Part shown: positions 36,278 to 46,325 of the stretch, piece after piece
Numbering within the stretch: position 1 is the first letter of the stretch
How the letters are laid out: each line of letters opens with the position of its first letter
From: a virus
Length of the DNA stretch: 64,000 nt
IMG/VR virus record: IMGVR_UViG_3300032245_000484
Location: 2,689 to 66,688 of that record
Direction: 5' to 3' (one strand)
Notes under the pieces: generated by a model
Database searches by the model: none
Told to the model about the DNA's origin: nothing
What the model saw: the letters and a program-made list of their open reading frames with translations, nothing else
Translations under genes and position numbers: made by a program

Positions 36278-38694
36278 TGGCTAACAACGAGAAAGACCTG
36301 GACACATTTCTGTCAGACTATCGGGTGATCACGACAGCCACCGAATCCGTCGATCTCACGACAGACAACCTCCTGAAGACCATAAACATCAGCGTGGAGC
36401 AGAAACGGAGAACTCCCGTTGGATTCTTCACCCGTGGAATGATTCCATACTTTGCTCCTATGGACAACGGCAACTTGTTCACTGCGGGAATGACGGCAAC
36501 AGGAATCTGCGGTGAGCATGGTGACTTCAGAGCGGGCATCACTTACTTCAATGCACTCGGGATGGAGATGTTCTATGACCTGGGGGAAGTCCGCGATGCA
36601 GAGCATGGGACGATAGGATATGTTCCGGGAGCATCGAACATGTATGGCGCATTCAAGGTCATGTTCGACCGCTATCAGTTCGTCTCACAATATCCAGTGT
36701 TCTACAGCATCACGGCAGGAAACGATCCATATGCCGTCTCCTCCTTCACGGGAGTTACCGAAAAGGGAGCATCGGGTGGCTGCTATACGATGGTCAACTT
36801 CGGTGGAGTCATCACTCCTTTCCAGTTGATGTTCGATGCATCCACGCTTGGAATCAGCAACTCAAATGGCTTGCCAACGGGAACGGGTGGAAATCCTCTT
36901 TACTTCGGTCTATCGCAGTACACGGGAATCACCTCTGCCGTGAAGTCTCTCTACTTCACTCCAGATATCCATGCTTCCCTCCGAAGGAGCATAAACCTCT
37001 ACAAGGACAAGGGAATAACATTCGTGGGAGTGCTTGCATCCCTCAACCCGCACTACGAGTTCATCAAGTTTGCCGACGATGCATATCTTGACACACAGAC
37101 AAGCCTGATGTCGAGATATGTCGGAAACAGTGCAAACCCCGCATGGACGGTTGAGTTGCTTCGCTTTGCGGGAGCAACCAATGGCAACAACCTCGTCGGA
37201 TTCAAACTAGCCAATGAATTCAGCAATAGGTTCTTGCAGGAGATATCGCAGTATCCTGCCAAGTATAACTTCTCAAGAAACTCATACAACATAGGACATC
37301 TTGGTCTTCCCCGCACCACGGAAGTATTGGGATGGTCTGCATTGATCCCAACACCAGGAATCGCAGCAGATGCCACGGGACCATTCGCATCGGCGGGGCA
37401 GAACTACTATATCAATAGGATCGCGGGACTGACCCTGTATCCCGCACCATCGGGATACACATATTCGACTGGTATGAGTGGATGGAACTCATATAAGAAG
37501 TCGGTGTCTGCCAACACCAACTACTACAATGACTACTTCATGCTGGGCAACTCTCATACTGCCGCATCCACCACATATGCCGCATCGAACATAATACCCG
37601 CAAACATATTGACATACTTCACCGATACAGGCGCAGGATTGGGTCTTGACAATGCATCGATGACCTATCTCGACTCGTATTACTACGATACCATTGCCGA
37701 ATCCATATCATATGGTGGATATCGCTATGCCAATGTCTATCCCATAAACTTCACGCCAAGATACAATCCACTGATCCCGATGCAGTTGACTGGCTCGTAT
37801 TCGAGCAAGAACTTCGAATCTCGCAGGGATTGCACCATTCATAAAGACTTCGGAAACTCCTCCAACGAGAGACTGTACAACCTTAAGAAGTCTATGGCAG
37901 ATTCCCTCCATGTCGCTGCCAAGGTATGGAAGTTGACCCTTGATCAGTACGGCAAGTACAACTATAGGATAATGGCTGTCCTCAAGGGCAGAAACGAGGA
38001 CTATGACCTCACTCGCGGTGGATGCGTTCCATATGCTCCAAGCGACTTCGTTGAGTATCTAATAGCACCATTGTTCACTGGCGATGTGCCTGTGAATTCA
38101 TTCATTATGAATGACGACATTGATGAGAGATTGCTGAATGATTTCTACTATGGAAATATTGCGCGTGGCTCCACAGAATATACAAAGGTGATCACCAACA
38201 AGGGAGTATCGGGAAGCGACAGAGCGACTTCCTTCATCCGTGGGCTAGAGACATATTTCTTCGATCTACAGCAGATGCAGGATCAAATGTCATTTTCCTT
38301 GCATCTCGACAACCTCGGACTAACTGCCGCAGTCTCAAGTCACTCTCAGTACATGAGCAACTTCAATTCAGGAAGACTGAGCGACTACCGCGTTTTTGAA
38401 ACAAACACGGGAACTACTGGTGGAAACACCATAATACCATATGGTAACTCAAGAGATTTCCGATGGTATCTCGTTCCGCCGAGGGTCGATTCCATTCTCA
38501 ATACCGATCAAGACCTAAAGTTGCGGTGGACATCCACCTCAAATACCAACATACGAACTGCATACACGATACTACGGGATGCATATTTCCGATTGACCAA
38601 GCAGCAGTTGGAAGCAGCATACCAATATTTCGAGGACAATGACATAACTACCTTTGTGCAGTACAGAAGTACCGATAGAGCGATTGGAAGGTAA
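36274..38694 (+). CDS. large hypothetical virion-associated protein, 806 aa
   Basis: Long ORF overlapping the gp15 stop; Tyr/Gly/Thr-rich with many GxT motifs; no family recognised. Confidence 0.7.
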   Translation: MMANNEKDLDTFLSDYRVITTATESVDLTTDNLLKTINISVEQKRRTPVGFFTRGMIPYFAPMDNGNLFTAGMTATGICGEHGDFRAGITYFNALGMEMFYDLGEVRDAEHGTIGYVPGASNMYGAFKVMFDRYQFVSQYPVFYSITAGNDPYAVSSFTGVTEKGASGGCYTMVNFGGVITPFQLMFDASTLGISNSNGLPTGTGGNPLYFGLSQYTGITSAVKSLYFTPDIHASLRRSINLYKDKGITFVGVLASLNPHYEFIKFADDAYLDTQTSLMSRYVGNSANPAWTVELLRFAGATNGNNLVGFKLANEFSNRFLQEISQYPAKYNFSRNSYNIGHLGLPRTTEVLGWSALIPTPGIAADATGPFASAGQNYYINRIAGLTLYPAPSGYTYSTGMSGWNSYKKSVSANTNYYNDYFMLGNSHTAASTTYAASNIIPANILTYFTDTGAGLGLDNASMTYLDSYYYDTIAESISYGGYRYANVYPINFTPRYNPLIPMQLTGSYSSKNFESRRDCTIHKDFGNSSNERLYNLKKSMADSLHVAAKVWKLTLDQYGKYNYRIMAVLKGRNEDYDLTRGGCVPYAPSDFVEYLIAPLFTGDVPVNSFIMNDDIDERLLNDFYYGNIARGSTEYTKVITNKGVSGSDRATSFIRGLETYFFDLQQMQDQMSFSLHLDNLGLTAAVSSHSQYMSNFNSGRLSDYRVFETNTGTTGGNTIIPYGNSRDFRWYLVPPRVDSILNTDQDLKLRWTSTSNTNIRTAYTILRDAYFRLTKQQLEAAYQYFEDNDITTFVQYRSTDRAIGR

Positions 38695-38699
38695 ATATC

Positions 38700-39179
38700 A
38701 TGAGCAAGATGGATGAGAACCTTTCGGAGATCCTGAACATAGATCCCGAACCAAAGGCTATTGTTTCCAGACCACCGAATGCCGTCGAGGTCAAGGTGGA
38801 CATGGATGATGCCGACAAGGATTTTCAAAAGGCAAGAGAGAATCTAAAGGAACTCGTCAACTTGGGATTCCAAGCCATAGACGGGGTTCTCAAGGTGGCA
38901 AGCGAGGGAGACTCCCCCCGTGCCTATGAAGTGGTTGCGCAGATGATCAAGGCAGTCGCAGATACCAACAAGGATCTGGTCGAACTCCATCAGCGCATGA
39001 AGACCATCAAGGAGGACAAGTATTCCTCCAAGACCGTCAACAATACGACCAATGCCATATTCCTCGGCTCGACCAAGGAACTACAGGAACTCATCAATCC
39101 GAAGCGAAGTTTTGCCAAGGCAATGAATGAGACGGAAATCATCATCGATGACTCCAAGAAGATTCTAGACAATGGTTGA
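38700..39179 (+). CDS. gp16: terminase small subunit
   Basis: D....R.NL..L...G..A.......A.....PRAYEV..Q.IK...D....L, N..F.GST.ELQ. Confidence 0.92.
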   Translation: MSKMDENLSEILNIDPEPKAIVSRPPNAVEVKVDMDDADKDFQKARENLKELVNLGFQAIDGVLKVASEGDSPRAYEVVAQMIKAVADTNKDLVELHQRMKTIKEDKYSSKTVNNTTNAIFLGSTKELQELINPKRSFAKAMNETEIIIDDSKKILDNG

Positions 39180-40830
39180 TACAAAGAACTCCAAGAACTA
39201 CCTCGGCAATCCCAATCTCAAGGCAACGGATGTTCAGATCAACTGGACGAAGGAGCAACTTGAGGAATATGCCAAGTGCGCCCGCGACCCGATCTATTTC
39301 ATACAGAAGTATGTGAAGATCGTCAGCCTTGACAAGGGTCTCGTCCCGTTTGAACTTTATGACTTTCAGGAGGAGATGGTTCGTACCGTCCACTCGACCA
39401 GATTCGTCATTGCCAAGTTGCCCCGTCAGAGCGGCAAGTCCACCACGGTCACCGCATACATCCTACATTACATCCTGTTCAATCAGAGCGTCAATGTAGC
39501 CATCCTAGCCAACAAACTCAGCACGGCTAGGGAACTATTGTCCCGTCTCAAGTTGGCATATGAATACCTGCCCAAGTGGTTGCAGCAGGGTGTCCTTGAA
39601 TGGAACAAGGGATCGATTCAGTTGGAGAACGGGTCAAAGGTTCTGGCTTCGGCTACCTCGTCCAGCGCAGTCCGTGGTGGATCTTTCAACATGATCTTCC
39701 TTGACGAGTTTGCATATGTTCCTCAGAATGTTGCAGAGGAGTTCTTCTCCTCAGTCTATCCCACCATCTCGTCGGGTCAGGAGACCAAGGTGTTCATCGT
39801 CTCCACTCCCCACGGAATGAACCTCTACTACAAGTTGTGGACGGATGCCTCCAATGGCAGGAACTCATATATTCCAATCGATGTCCACTGGTCGGATGTG
39901 CCAGGTCGAGACGAGAAGTGGAAGGAAGAGACGATTGCCAATACCTCGGAAGAACAGTTTAGGACAGAGTTCGAATGCGATTTCGTAGGCTCGGTGCATA
40001 CTCTCATCTCTCCGTCCAAGTTGAAGACTCTGGCATATGTCGATCCCGTCTTCAAGAATGGAGAAGGATTCAAGGTCTATGCCAAGCCAGAGGAGAAGCA
40101 TGTCTATGTCATGACGGTCGATGTCTCGCGAGGAACGGGGCAGGACTATTCTGCATTTTCAATAATCGACATAACAACCTCCCCTTACAAGTTGGTCGCC
40201 ACCTTCAGGAACAATACCATGTCCCCGCTGGTGTTCCCAAATGCCATCCATGTTGCTGCCAAGCAGTACAACAATGCCCATGTCCTTGTAGAGATCAATG
40301 ACATGGGTGGTCAGGTGGCAGATGTCCTCCATGCCGAACTTGAGTATGAGAACATCCTGTCTGCCACCATGCGAGGTAGGAAGGGTCAGGTACTTGACGG
40401 TGGCTTCGGTGCGGGGCAGAGCCAGTTTGGCGTTCGAACTACCGAGGTGGTCAAGAGGACGGGCTGCTCCATCCTCAAGTCTCTGGTGGAATCCGACAGG
40501 ATGGTCATACAGGATTTCGATGTCATCAAGGAACTCTTTGCCTTCGTTGCCAAGAAGAACTCATTCGAGGCAGAGGTCGGCTACAACGATGACTTGGTCA
40601 TGACCCTTGTCCTTTTCGGATGGCTGTCTACCCAACCATACTTCAAGGATCTTTCATCCTTGGACATCCGAAAGGATATCTATCAGGACACCATCACCAA
40701 ACTTGAGGAGGAAATGACCCCCTTTGGATTCGTGGATGATGGAGTCGAGGAACCTATTCCGGAGAAGCCATCAGAGGATGGTTCGGTCTGGTGGTCCGAC
40801 CGACAAGCGGAGCGAAATGGTTGGTACTGA
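39172..40830 (+). CDS. gp17: terminase large subunit
   Basis: YLGNPNLK, Walker A PRQSGKST, Walker B IFLDEFA, VSTP.G.N, EFEC.F.GS, DVSRG...DYSAF, DDLVM. Confidence 0.97.
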   Translation: MVDTKNSKNYLGNPNLKATDVQINWTKEQLEEYAKCARDPIYFIQKYVKIVSLDKGLVPFELYDFQEEMVRTVHSTRFVIAKLPRQSGKSTTVTAYILHYILFNQSVNVAILANKLSTARELLSRLKLAYEYLPKWLQQGVLEWNKGSIQLENGSKVLASATSSSAVRGGSFNMIFLDEFAYVPQNVAEEFFSSVYPTISSGQETKVFIVSTPHGMNLYYKLWTDASNGRNSYIPIDVHWSDVPGRDEKWKEETIANTSEEQFRTEFECDFVGSVHTLISPSKLKTLAYVDPVFKNGEGFKVYAKPEEKHVYVMTVDVSRGTGQDYSAFSIIDITTSPYKLVATFRNNTMSPLVFPNAIHVAAKQYNNAHVLVEINDMGGQVADVLHAELEYENILSATMRGRKGQVLDGGFGAGQSQFGVRTTEVVKRTGCSILKSLVESDRMVIQDFDVIKELFAFVAKKNSFEAEVGYNDDLVMTLVLFGWLSTQPYFKDLSSLDIRKDIYQDTITKLEEEMTPFGFVDDGVEEPIPEKPSEDGSVWWSDRQAERNGWY

Positions 40831-40846
40831 GCAAATCCTCAAAATC

Positions 40847-40853
40847 ATACATA
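40847..40853 (+). promoter_or_regulatory. late promoter variant ATACATA upstream of the first sheath gene
   Basis: Intergenic; the same heptamer precedes gp22 and gp3. Confidence 0.55.
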
Positions 40854-40879
40854 TCAAGTAGATTCATCGGGAGAAACAA

Positions 40880-42790
40880 ATGAGCAGACTACCAGTACAA
40901 ATTAGCCCCGGTGTGAATTATTCGGAAATTGACCTAACCACGGTTGTTCCCAATGTCGCAACGGCTACGGGAGCATTCGCGGGCGTCTTTCAATGGGGAC
41001 CAGCGGAAAAGATCACCACAATCACGAACGAAGACCAACTTGTTGCTGTCTTCGGTAAGCCTCTACGCACGGAAGAAGGCATTGACTTCCATTGCGCGGC
41101 TAACTTCCTTCAGTACAGCCGCGACCTCCGTGTCGTGCGCGTGATTGGTGGAAGCGAGACGAATGCCAACTCCAGTGGTCTCACTGGCAAGCAATACCTC
41201 AATGAGGACATTCTTTCCGCACAAGGCGATGTCGGGGGTCTAACTGCGGCATTTTATGCGAAATACCCCGGTATTCTCGGTAACTCGCTCAAAGTCGTAC
41301 TCATCGATGGAGATGGTCAGGCTAATCTTGTCCTTGGAACGACTGCTGCGGTAGGAGACAATACCATTCAATTCACTACAAGTGTCGGTGGTTATATGGA
41401 AGAAAACGACAAGTTGATCTTCTCCACGGACAACTTCTCACAGACACTTCTGGTTGATTCTGCATCTGGCTTCACTGCCACCGTCAAGTCTTTCGTTGCA
41501 AGCACATTCCCAAAGAACGGCACGATCACATTCCGCAGCAAGTATGCGGATCTATTCCAGATGACTGCCGATACCAGCACACAGGCTACAAACCGTGGCG
41601 GTGCCAATGACGAACTCAATGTTGCCGTTGTAGATGAAGACGGAGCATTTACGGGAACTCAAGGTTCCGTGGTCGAGGTATTCCCGAATGTCTCCAAGGC
41701 ATATGATGCCAAGGACAATGACGGAAATCCCAACTATGTGTCGAGCGTCATCAACAACAACTCAAACTATGTCTGGGTTGGAAACATTGAAAGTCTCTGG
41801 AACTCCTCGACTCAGCAGGATCTGACCACAACATTCACGGATATCGGCGTTGGATTCACGGCAGCAGAGTTCTCCAAGTACAGCCTCAGTGGCGGAACGG
41901 GATCGACGGCAAGCAATGCCAACCTCTATATCGGTGGCTATAGCAAGTTTGCAGATCGCGACAGCGTAGATGTCTCGCTGATCATCTCAGGTCGTGCGGA
42001 TACCACCAATGTCAAGTTGCTCGGAGACCTGGTCGATAGCCGCAAGGACTGCGTATTGTTCATATCGCCAGCCAAGGACGATGTTCTCAATAAGAATCAG
42101 GTCAATGCCACTCAGAATATCCTGAGCAGAAGGAATAGTTCTTACAACATCAACTCTTCCTATGTGGTCATGGACAGTGGATGGAAGTACATCTATGACA
42201 AGTACAACGACAAGTACCTGTATATTCCACTGAATGCCGACATTGCAGGTCTCTGCGCCCGCTCGGAGTTCAATACCTCGTCTTGGTTCTCCCCTGCGGG
42301 AATCAACCGTGGTCTGATCAAGAATGTGGTCAAGTTGGCATTCAATCCCGATCAGGGTTCTCGCGACCTGCTGTATACCGCAGGAGTCAATCCCGTCGTT
42401 ACCTTCAGCGGAGAGGGAACCATGCTATATGGCGACAAGACCCTCCTCAAGAAGCCAAGCGCATTCGACCGCATCAATGTCCGTAGGCTGTTCATCACGC
42501 TTGAGAAGGCTATCTCGACTGCATCTAAATATTCGTTGTTCGAACTCAATGATGAGTTCACTCGCGCACAGTTCAGGAACCTCGTCATTCCATATCTCCG
42601 CAATGTACAGGCTCAACGCGGCATCACCGACTTCAAGGTGGTCTGTGACGAGACGAACAATACTGGACAGGTCATCGACAACAACCAGTTCGTTGCAGAC
42701 ATCTACATCAAGCCGAACCGCAGCGTGAACTTCATCCAGTTGAACTTCATTGCAACAAGAACAGACAGTGCATTCACTGAAATCGTCTAA
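40880..42790 (+). CDS. gp18: tail sheath protein, copy 1 (636 aa)
   Basis: SPGV..SEIDLT, G.FQWGP, AKYPG..GN.L.V, DSGWKY.YD.YND, W.SPAG.NRG, GDKT.....SAFDRINVRRLF. Confidence 0.95.
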   Translation: MSRLPVQISPGVNYSEIDLTTVVPNVATATGAFAGVFQWGPAEKITTITNEDQLVAVFGKPLRTEEGIDFHCAANFLQYSRDLRVVRVIGGSETNANSSGLTGKQYLNEDILSAQGDVGGLTAAFYAKYPGILGNSLKVVLIDGDGQANLVLGTTAAVGDNTIQFTTSVGGYMEENDKLIFSTDNFSQTLLVDSASGFTATVKSFVASTFPKNGTITFRSKYADLFQMTADTSTQATNRGGANDELNVAVVDEDGAFTGTQGSVVEVFPNVSKAYDAKDNDGNPNYVSSVINNNSNYVWVGNIESLWNSSTQQDLTTTFTDIGVGFTAAEFSKYSLSGGTGSTASNANLYIGGYSKFADRDSVDVSLIISGRADTTNVKLLGDLVDSRKDCVLFISPAKDDVLNKNQVNATQNILSRRNSSYNINSSYVVMDSGWKYIYDKYNDKYLYIPLNADIAGLCARSEFNTSSWFSPAGINRGLIKNVVKLAFNPDQGSRDLLYTAGVNPVVTFSGEGTMLYGDKTLLKKPSAFDRINVRRLFITLEKAISTASKYSLFELNDEFTRAQFRNLVIPYLRNVQAQRGITDFKVVCDETNNTGQVIDNNQFVADIYIKPNRSVNFIQLNFIATRTDSAFTEIV

Positions 42791-42799
42791 GGAGAGAAA

Positions 42800-45691
42800 A
42801 TGGCTAGCCCAATCCCGAACCAACTGAGTCCAGGTGTAAATGTTTCCGAGATTGATCTCTCGACATTCGTTCAGCCACAGGCATTCAATACCGGTGGAAT
42901 GGCAGGAGTCTTCAACTGGGGACCGTGCTTGGTTGCAACAAGGGTTTCCTCGGAAAGCGAACTGGCAAGCATCTTCGGCAAGCCAACGCTTGATCAGAAC
43001 GATACTACCAACAACTCCGACTTCCTTGCGGCATCCAACTTCCTTCGATACTCACAGAATCTCAAGGTTGTCCGCATCCTACAGGAAGACGACTACAATG
43101 CAACTTCGGTTGAGCCGGGTATAACTTGGATCTTCAGCACTAGCCGTCCTACTGTGAAGAACCTTGATGAGTTCCGTGCATTTGGTGGATTCTCAGGCAA
43201 TGATGGCATTGAATCAACTGCATACTTCAAGGCTAGGTATCCGGGAAACTTCGGTAATGCACTGAAGGTTTTGATGTATGATGGAATCAGTGGTGGAACC
43301 CTCACGACATCCGGAGGACTTGGATATAAGGATTTCACCGTCAATGGTGGATACAATCCAATTACCGTTTCTGGATTTCAGAGTGGAACGGTTGGTTACA
43401 CCTACGGAATATATGTGAACTGGTTTCCCAATACTGACTTTGGAACCTCAGCAGTATTGGTTGGTGTATCATTCCAATCCATGCCTTGGTACATGCTTAC
43501 GCTGAATCTGCCCACGGATGTGGATCCGGCAGCGTTCATAAACACCAAGATCGGTGACGGAACGGAATTCAGCATACTATATGCAACAGGTACTACCACA
43601 GACAACTGGAATGCAACTAGTCAGGGCAGCAATCCTGATGGAAATCAGGCAAACTACTATGCTGTGGAAGTATGGGATACCGCGGGATCCCCCACCAACT
43701 TTGATCCAGCAACACAAAAGATTAAGCCAATACAGCCGTGGACAACATTTGGTCTACAAACATATTGCTATGCAGTAAGCCAAACTCCCAATGCAATCGA
43801 TGTTCTATTCTTCGATGGAGACTATCAGACGCTTCAGACAAAAGCCCGCCGATGGATTGATGATACCGTTCCCGGCGGAACTGGCAACTTTACGGGAAAT
43901 ACATACACTCCAAAAGACTTTTTGGGAAATGACTTTGATGTACGGAAGATTCTCTACACGAAGCCACTGACGGATCCGACAAATTCCGGCAATCCTTGGG
44001 TAAGTGGTCTTCCATCTTCATTCGGAAAACAAGCACTTCCTGCAACCTCACAGTTCTCAATATTCAATCCAAATGTTCCAATCAGTCCCACTGTATTCGG
44101 TCCTCATGAATATCTGTCACTCACCCTCAACTATGCTGGTGCGGTACTTGGGTATGCCAATGCACCAACTGGAGGCATGAGAGGACCAGCACAGATCCTT
44201 GGATTGACGGGAGCGCGAACATTCCGCCAAAGCCTTGATTCTGCGGGTAACTCTGCGGCAGTCACGATTACTTTCGATAGTTCTGGTACCACTGCGGGAA
44301 TCAAGAACAACCTCAAGTATGGAATAATTCAGTTTGGAAACAAGTTGGGTGTGAGTTCGGTCGAGACTTCCGACTCGTTCAACGGAGTTCCAATATTCAG
44401 CAAGACTCCAGACACATCTTCATATGCAGAGGCAATCGGTGGAGCAAACGACGAGATATCATTTGCCGTTGTTGATGTGGGTGGAAAGTTTGGTCCTAAG
44501 AATGCAGTTCTTGAGCGGTTTGAACTACTGTCAAAGGCAACTGATGCAAAGAACCTTGATGGCGATTCGATCTACTACAAGGACTACATCAACAACAACT
44601 CTCAGTATGTCTACCTCACGAAGCCATTCGGTTTCACAGGCAACGGATCAGCCAACTCAACATCGGAAACGGCATTCGGAGACATAACATCTCTCTATCA
44701 GCCAAATGGAACTGGTCCAATATTCACCCGTAATGGGTATTACGAGAATCAGTTGGACTATGGTCAGTTGATTGGATCAACTCCATCTGTTAATGAGAAG
44801 TTCACCGCATATTCGATATTTGCGGATGACGATTCGGCAGTCGATGTCCTGTTCATGCCAGAGTCGGATCTCGAAAATGATGCAACGAATCCGGATACCA
44901 CCACGACACTTGAGGGAATGGTCTATGACAGTGTCATTTCCACAAGAAAAGATACTCTATATGTCCTTCCGACGCCCAAGCCAGCAAATCTAACTCAGCA
45001 TTCGTCTGCCGCAGCATCCAAGGCTGTGGTGTATCGCAATACCAAACTCAATGTTCCGACCAACTCCTACACGATGGTCGTTGCAGGTCGCAAGGTGTTC
45101 TATGATACCTTCAACAACCAGACCCGCAAGATGTCGCTCTCTTCGGATGTTGCAGGTATCCTCTGCGCTCAGGAAGTCGCCTGGGAATCGCCAGCAGGAT
45201 TCGCAAGGGGAATGCTGAAGAATGTCATCAAGTTGGAGACCAAGTTCAGCAAGACTGATCGCGATGAACTCTACAAGAACCAGATCAACTTCTTCACGCA
45301 GTTCGATGATGGTTCGGGAACAGTTCTCTTTGGCGACAAGACCATGCTCACCAAGCCAAGCGCATTCGACCGTATCAATGTCCGTCGAGTGTTCATCGCT
45401 TGCGAGAAGGCAATCGCCAAGGCGGCTAAGTACTCGCTCTTTGAGTTCAATGACGAGTTTACTCGCGCACAGTTCAGGAATCTTGTCACGCCATTCCTCC
45501 GCGCCATTCAGTCGCAGAGGGGTATCGTTGACTACAGGGTCGTTTGCGATCAGACAAACAACACGGCTGAAGTCATCGATAATAACCAGTTCGTGGCAGA
45601 CATCTATATCAAGCCAGCGAAGTCCATCAACTTCATCCAGTTGAACTTCATTGCGGTGAAATCTGATTTCACGCTAACCATCACCGAATAA
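42800..45691 (+). CDS. gp18: tail sheath protein, copy 2 (963 aa, large insertion)
   Basis: SPGV.VSEIDL, G.FNWGP, ARYPG.FGN.L.V, WESPAG..RG, GDKT....PSAFDRINVRR, FEFNDEFTR, IKP..SINFIQLNFIA. Confidence 0.9.
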   Translation: MASPIPNQLSPGVNVSEIDLSTFVQPQAFNTGGMAGVFNWGPCLVATRVSSESELASIFGKPTLDQNDTTNNSDFLAASNFLRYSQNLKVVRILQEDDYNATSVEPGITWIFSTSRPTVKNLDEFRAFGGFSGNDGIESTAYFKARYPGNFGNALKVLMYDGISGGTLTTSGGLGYKDFTVNGGYNPITVSGFQSGTVGYTYGIYVNWFPNTDFGTSAVLVGVSFQSMPWYMLTLNLPTDVDPAAFINTKIGDGTEFSILYATGTTTDNWNATSQGSNPDGNQANYYAVEVWDTAGSPTNFDPATQKIKPIQPWTTFGLQTYCYAVSQTPNAIDVLFFDGDYQTLQTKARRWIDDTVPGGTGNFTGNTYTPKDFLGNDFDVRKILYTKPLTDPTNSGNPWVSGLPSSFGKQALPATSQFSIFNPNVPISPTVFGPHEYLSLTLNYAGAVLGYANAPTGGMRGPAQILGLTGARTFRQSLDSAGNSAAVTITFDSSGTTAGIKNNLKYGIIQFGNKLGVSSVETSDSFNGVPIFSKTPDTSSYAEAIGGANDEISFAVVDVGGKFGPKNAVLERFELLSKATDAKNLDGDSIYYKDYINNNSQYVYLTKPFGFTGNGSANSTSETAFGDITSLYQPNGTGPIFTRNGYYENQLDYGQLIGSTPSVNEKFTAYSIFADDDSAVDVLFMPESDLENDATNPDTTTTLEGMVYDSVISTRKDTLYVLPTPKPANLTQHSSAAASKAVVYRNTKLNVPTNSYTMVVAGRKVFYDTFNNQTRKMSLSSDVAGILCAQEVAWESPAGFARGMLKNVIKLETKFSKTDRDELYKNQINFFTQFDDGSGTVLFGDKTMLTKPSAFDRINVRRVFIACEKAIAKAAKYSLFEFNDEFTRAQFRNLVTPFLRAIQSQRGIVDYRVVCDQTNNTAEVIDNNQFVADIYIKPAKSINFIQLNFIAVKSDFTLTITE

Positions 45692-45694
45692 ATA
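45688..45694 (+). promoter_or_regulatory. late promoter ATAAATA upstream of gp19
   Basis: Overlaps the stop of the second sheath gene; followed by a GAGGAG RBS. Confidence 0.65.
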
Positions 45695-45714
45695 GGATAT
45701 AGAGGAGAACCACA

Positions 45715-46305
45715 ATGGCAGCAGATATTACAACCTTTGCAAAGCAGATGGTAGGAGCGGGCGTAAAGCCCTCGCTCTTTGAAGTAAATGGATCCATCGG
45801 AGGTGCAAACCTCGCGAACAACGGACAGGCAGTTCCCTTCCTCATCAAGGCAGCATCGCTGCCGGGAACTGCAATCGGAACCATCGAAGTTCCTTTCCGT
45901 GGCAGGAAGATCAAACTTCCTGGAGACAGGACATTCGCAGATTGGTCGATCACGATCATCAACGACTCCAACTTCTCCTTGAGAAATGCGTTCGAGACAT
46001 GGATCAACAACATTCAGGGAATGCAGAGCAATATCTCTACTCCCGCATTCGCCACTTCGTTCACTCCATTCTTGAATCCATTGTTCCAGGACTGGACTGT
46101 CAATCAGTTGAACCGTCAGGGAACTCCGATCAAGGCATACAAGTTGATCGGTTGCTTCCCAACCGACATCTCTGCAATCGACCTGAGTTTCGAATCTACC
46201 GATCAGATCGAAGAGTTCCAGGTTACACTTGCCTACTCGTACTTCGCAACGGACAGCACGACACCTGATGTCACCGATGGTGTGAAACTCACTCCATTGA
46301 CCTAA
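45715..46305 (+). CDS. gp19: tail tube protein
   Basis: P.LFEV, FL.KAASLPG..IG.IEVPFRGR..K..GDRTF.DW..T..ND..F..R.AFE.W, FPT..S.IDL, IEEF.VT. Confidence 0.95.
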   Translation: MAADITTFAKQMVGAGVKPSLFEVNGSIGGANLANNGQAVPFLIKAASLPGTAIGTIEVPFRGRKIKLPGDRTFADWSITIINDSNFSLRNAFETWINNIQGMQSNISTPAFATSFTPFLNPLFQDWTVNQLNRQGTPIKAYKLIGCFPTDISAIDLSFESTDQIEEFQVTLAYSYFATDSTTPDVTDGVKLTPLT

Positions 46306-46325
46306 GCATTTCTCAGGAGAGATGA

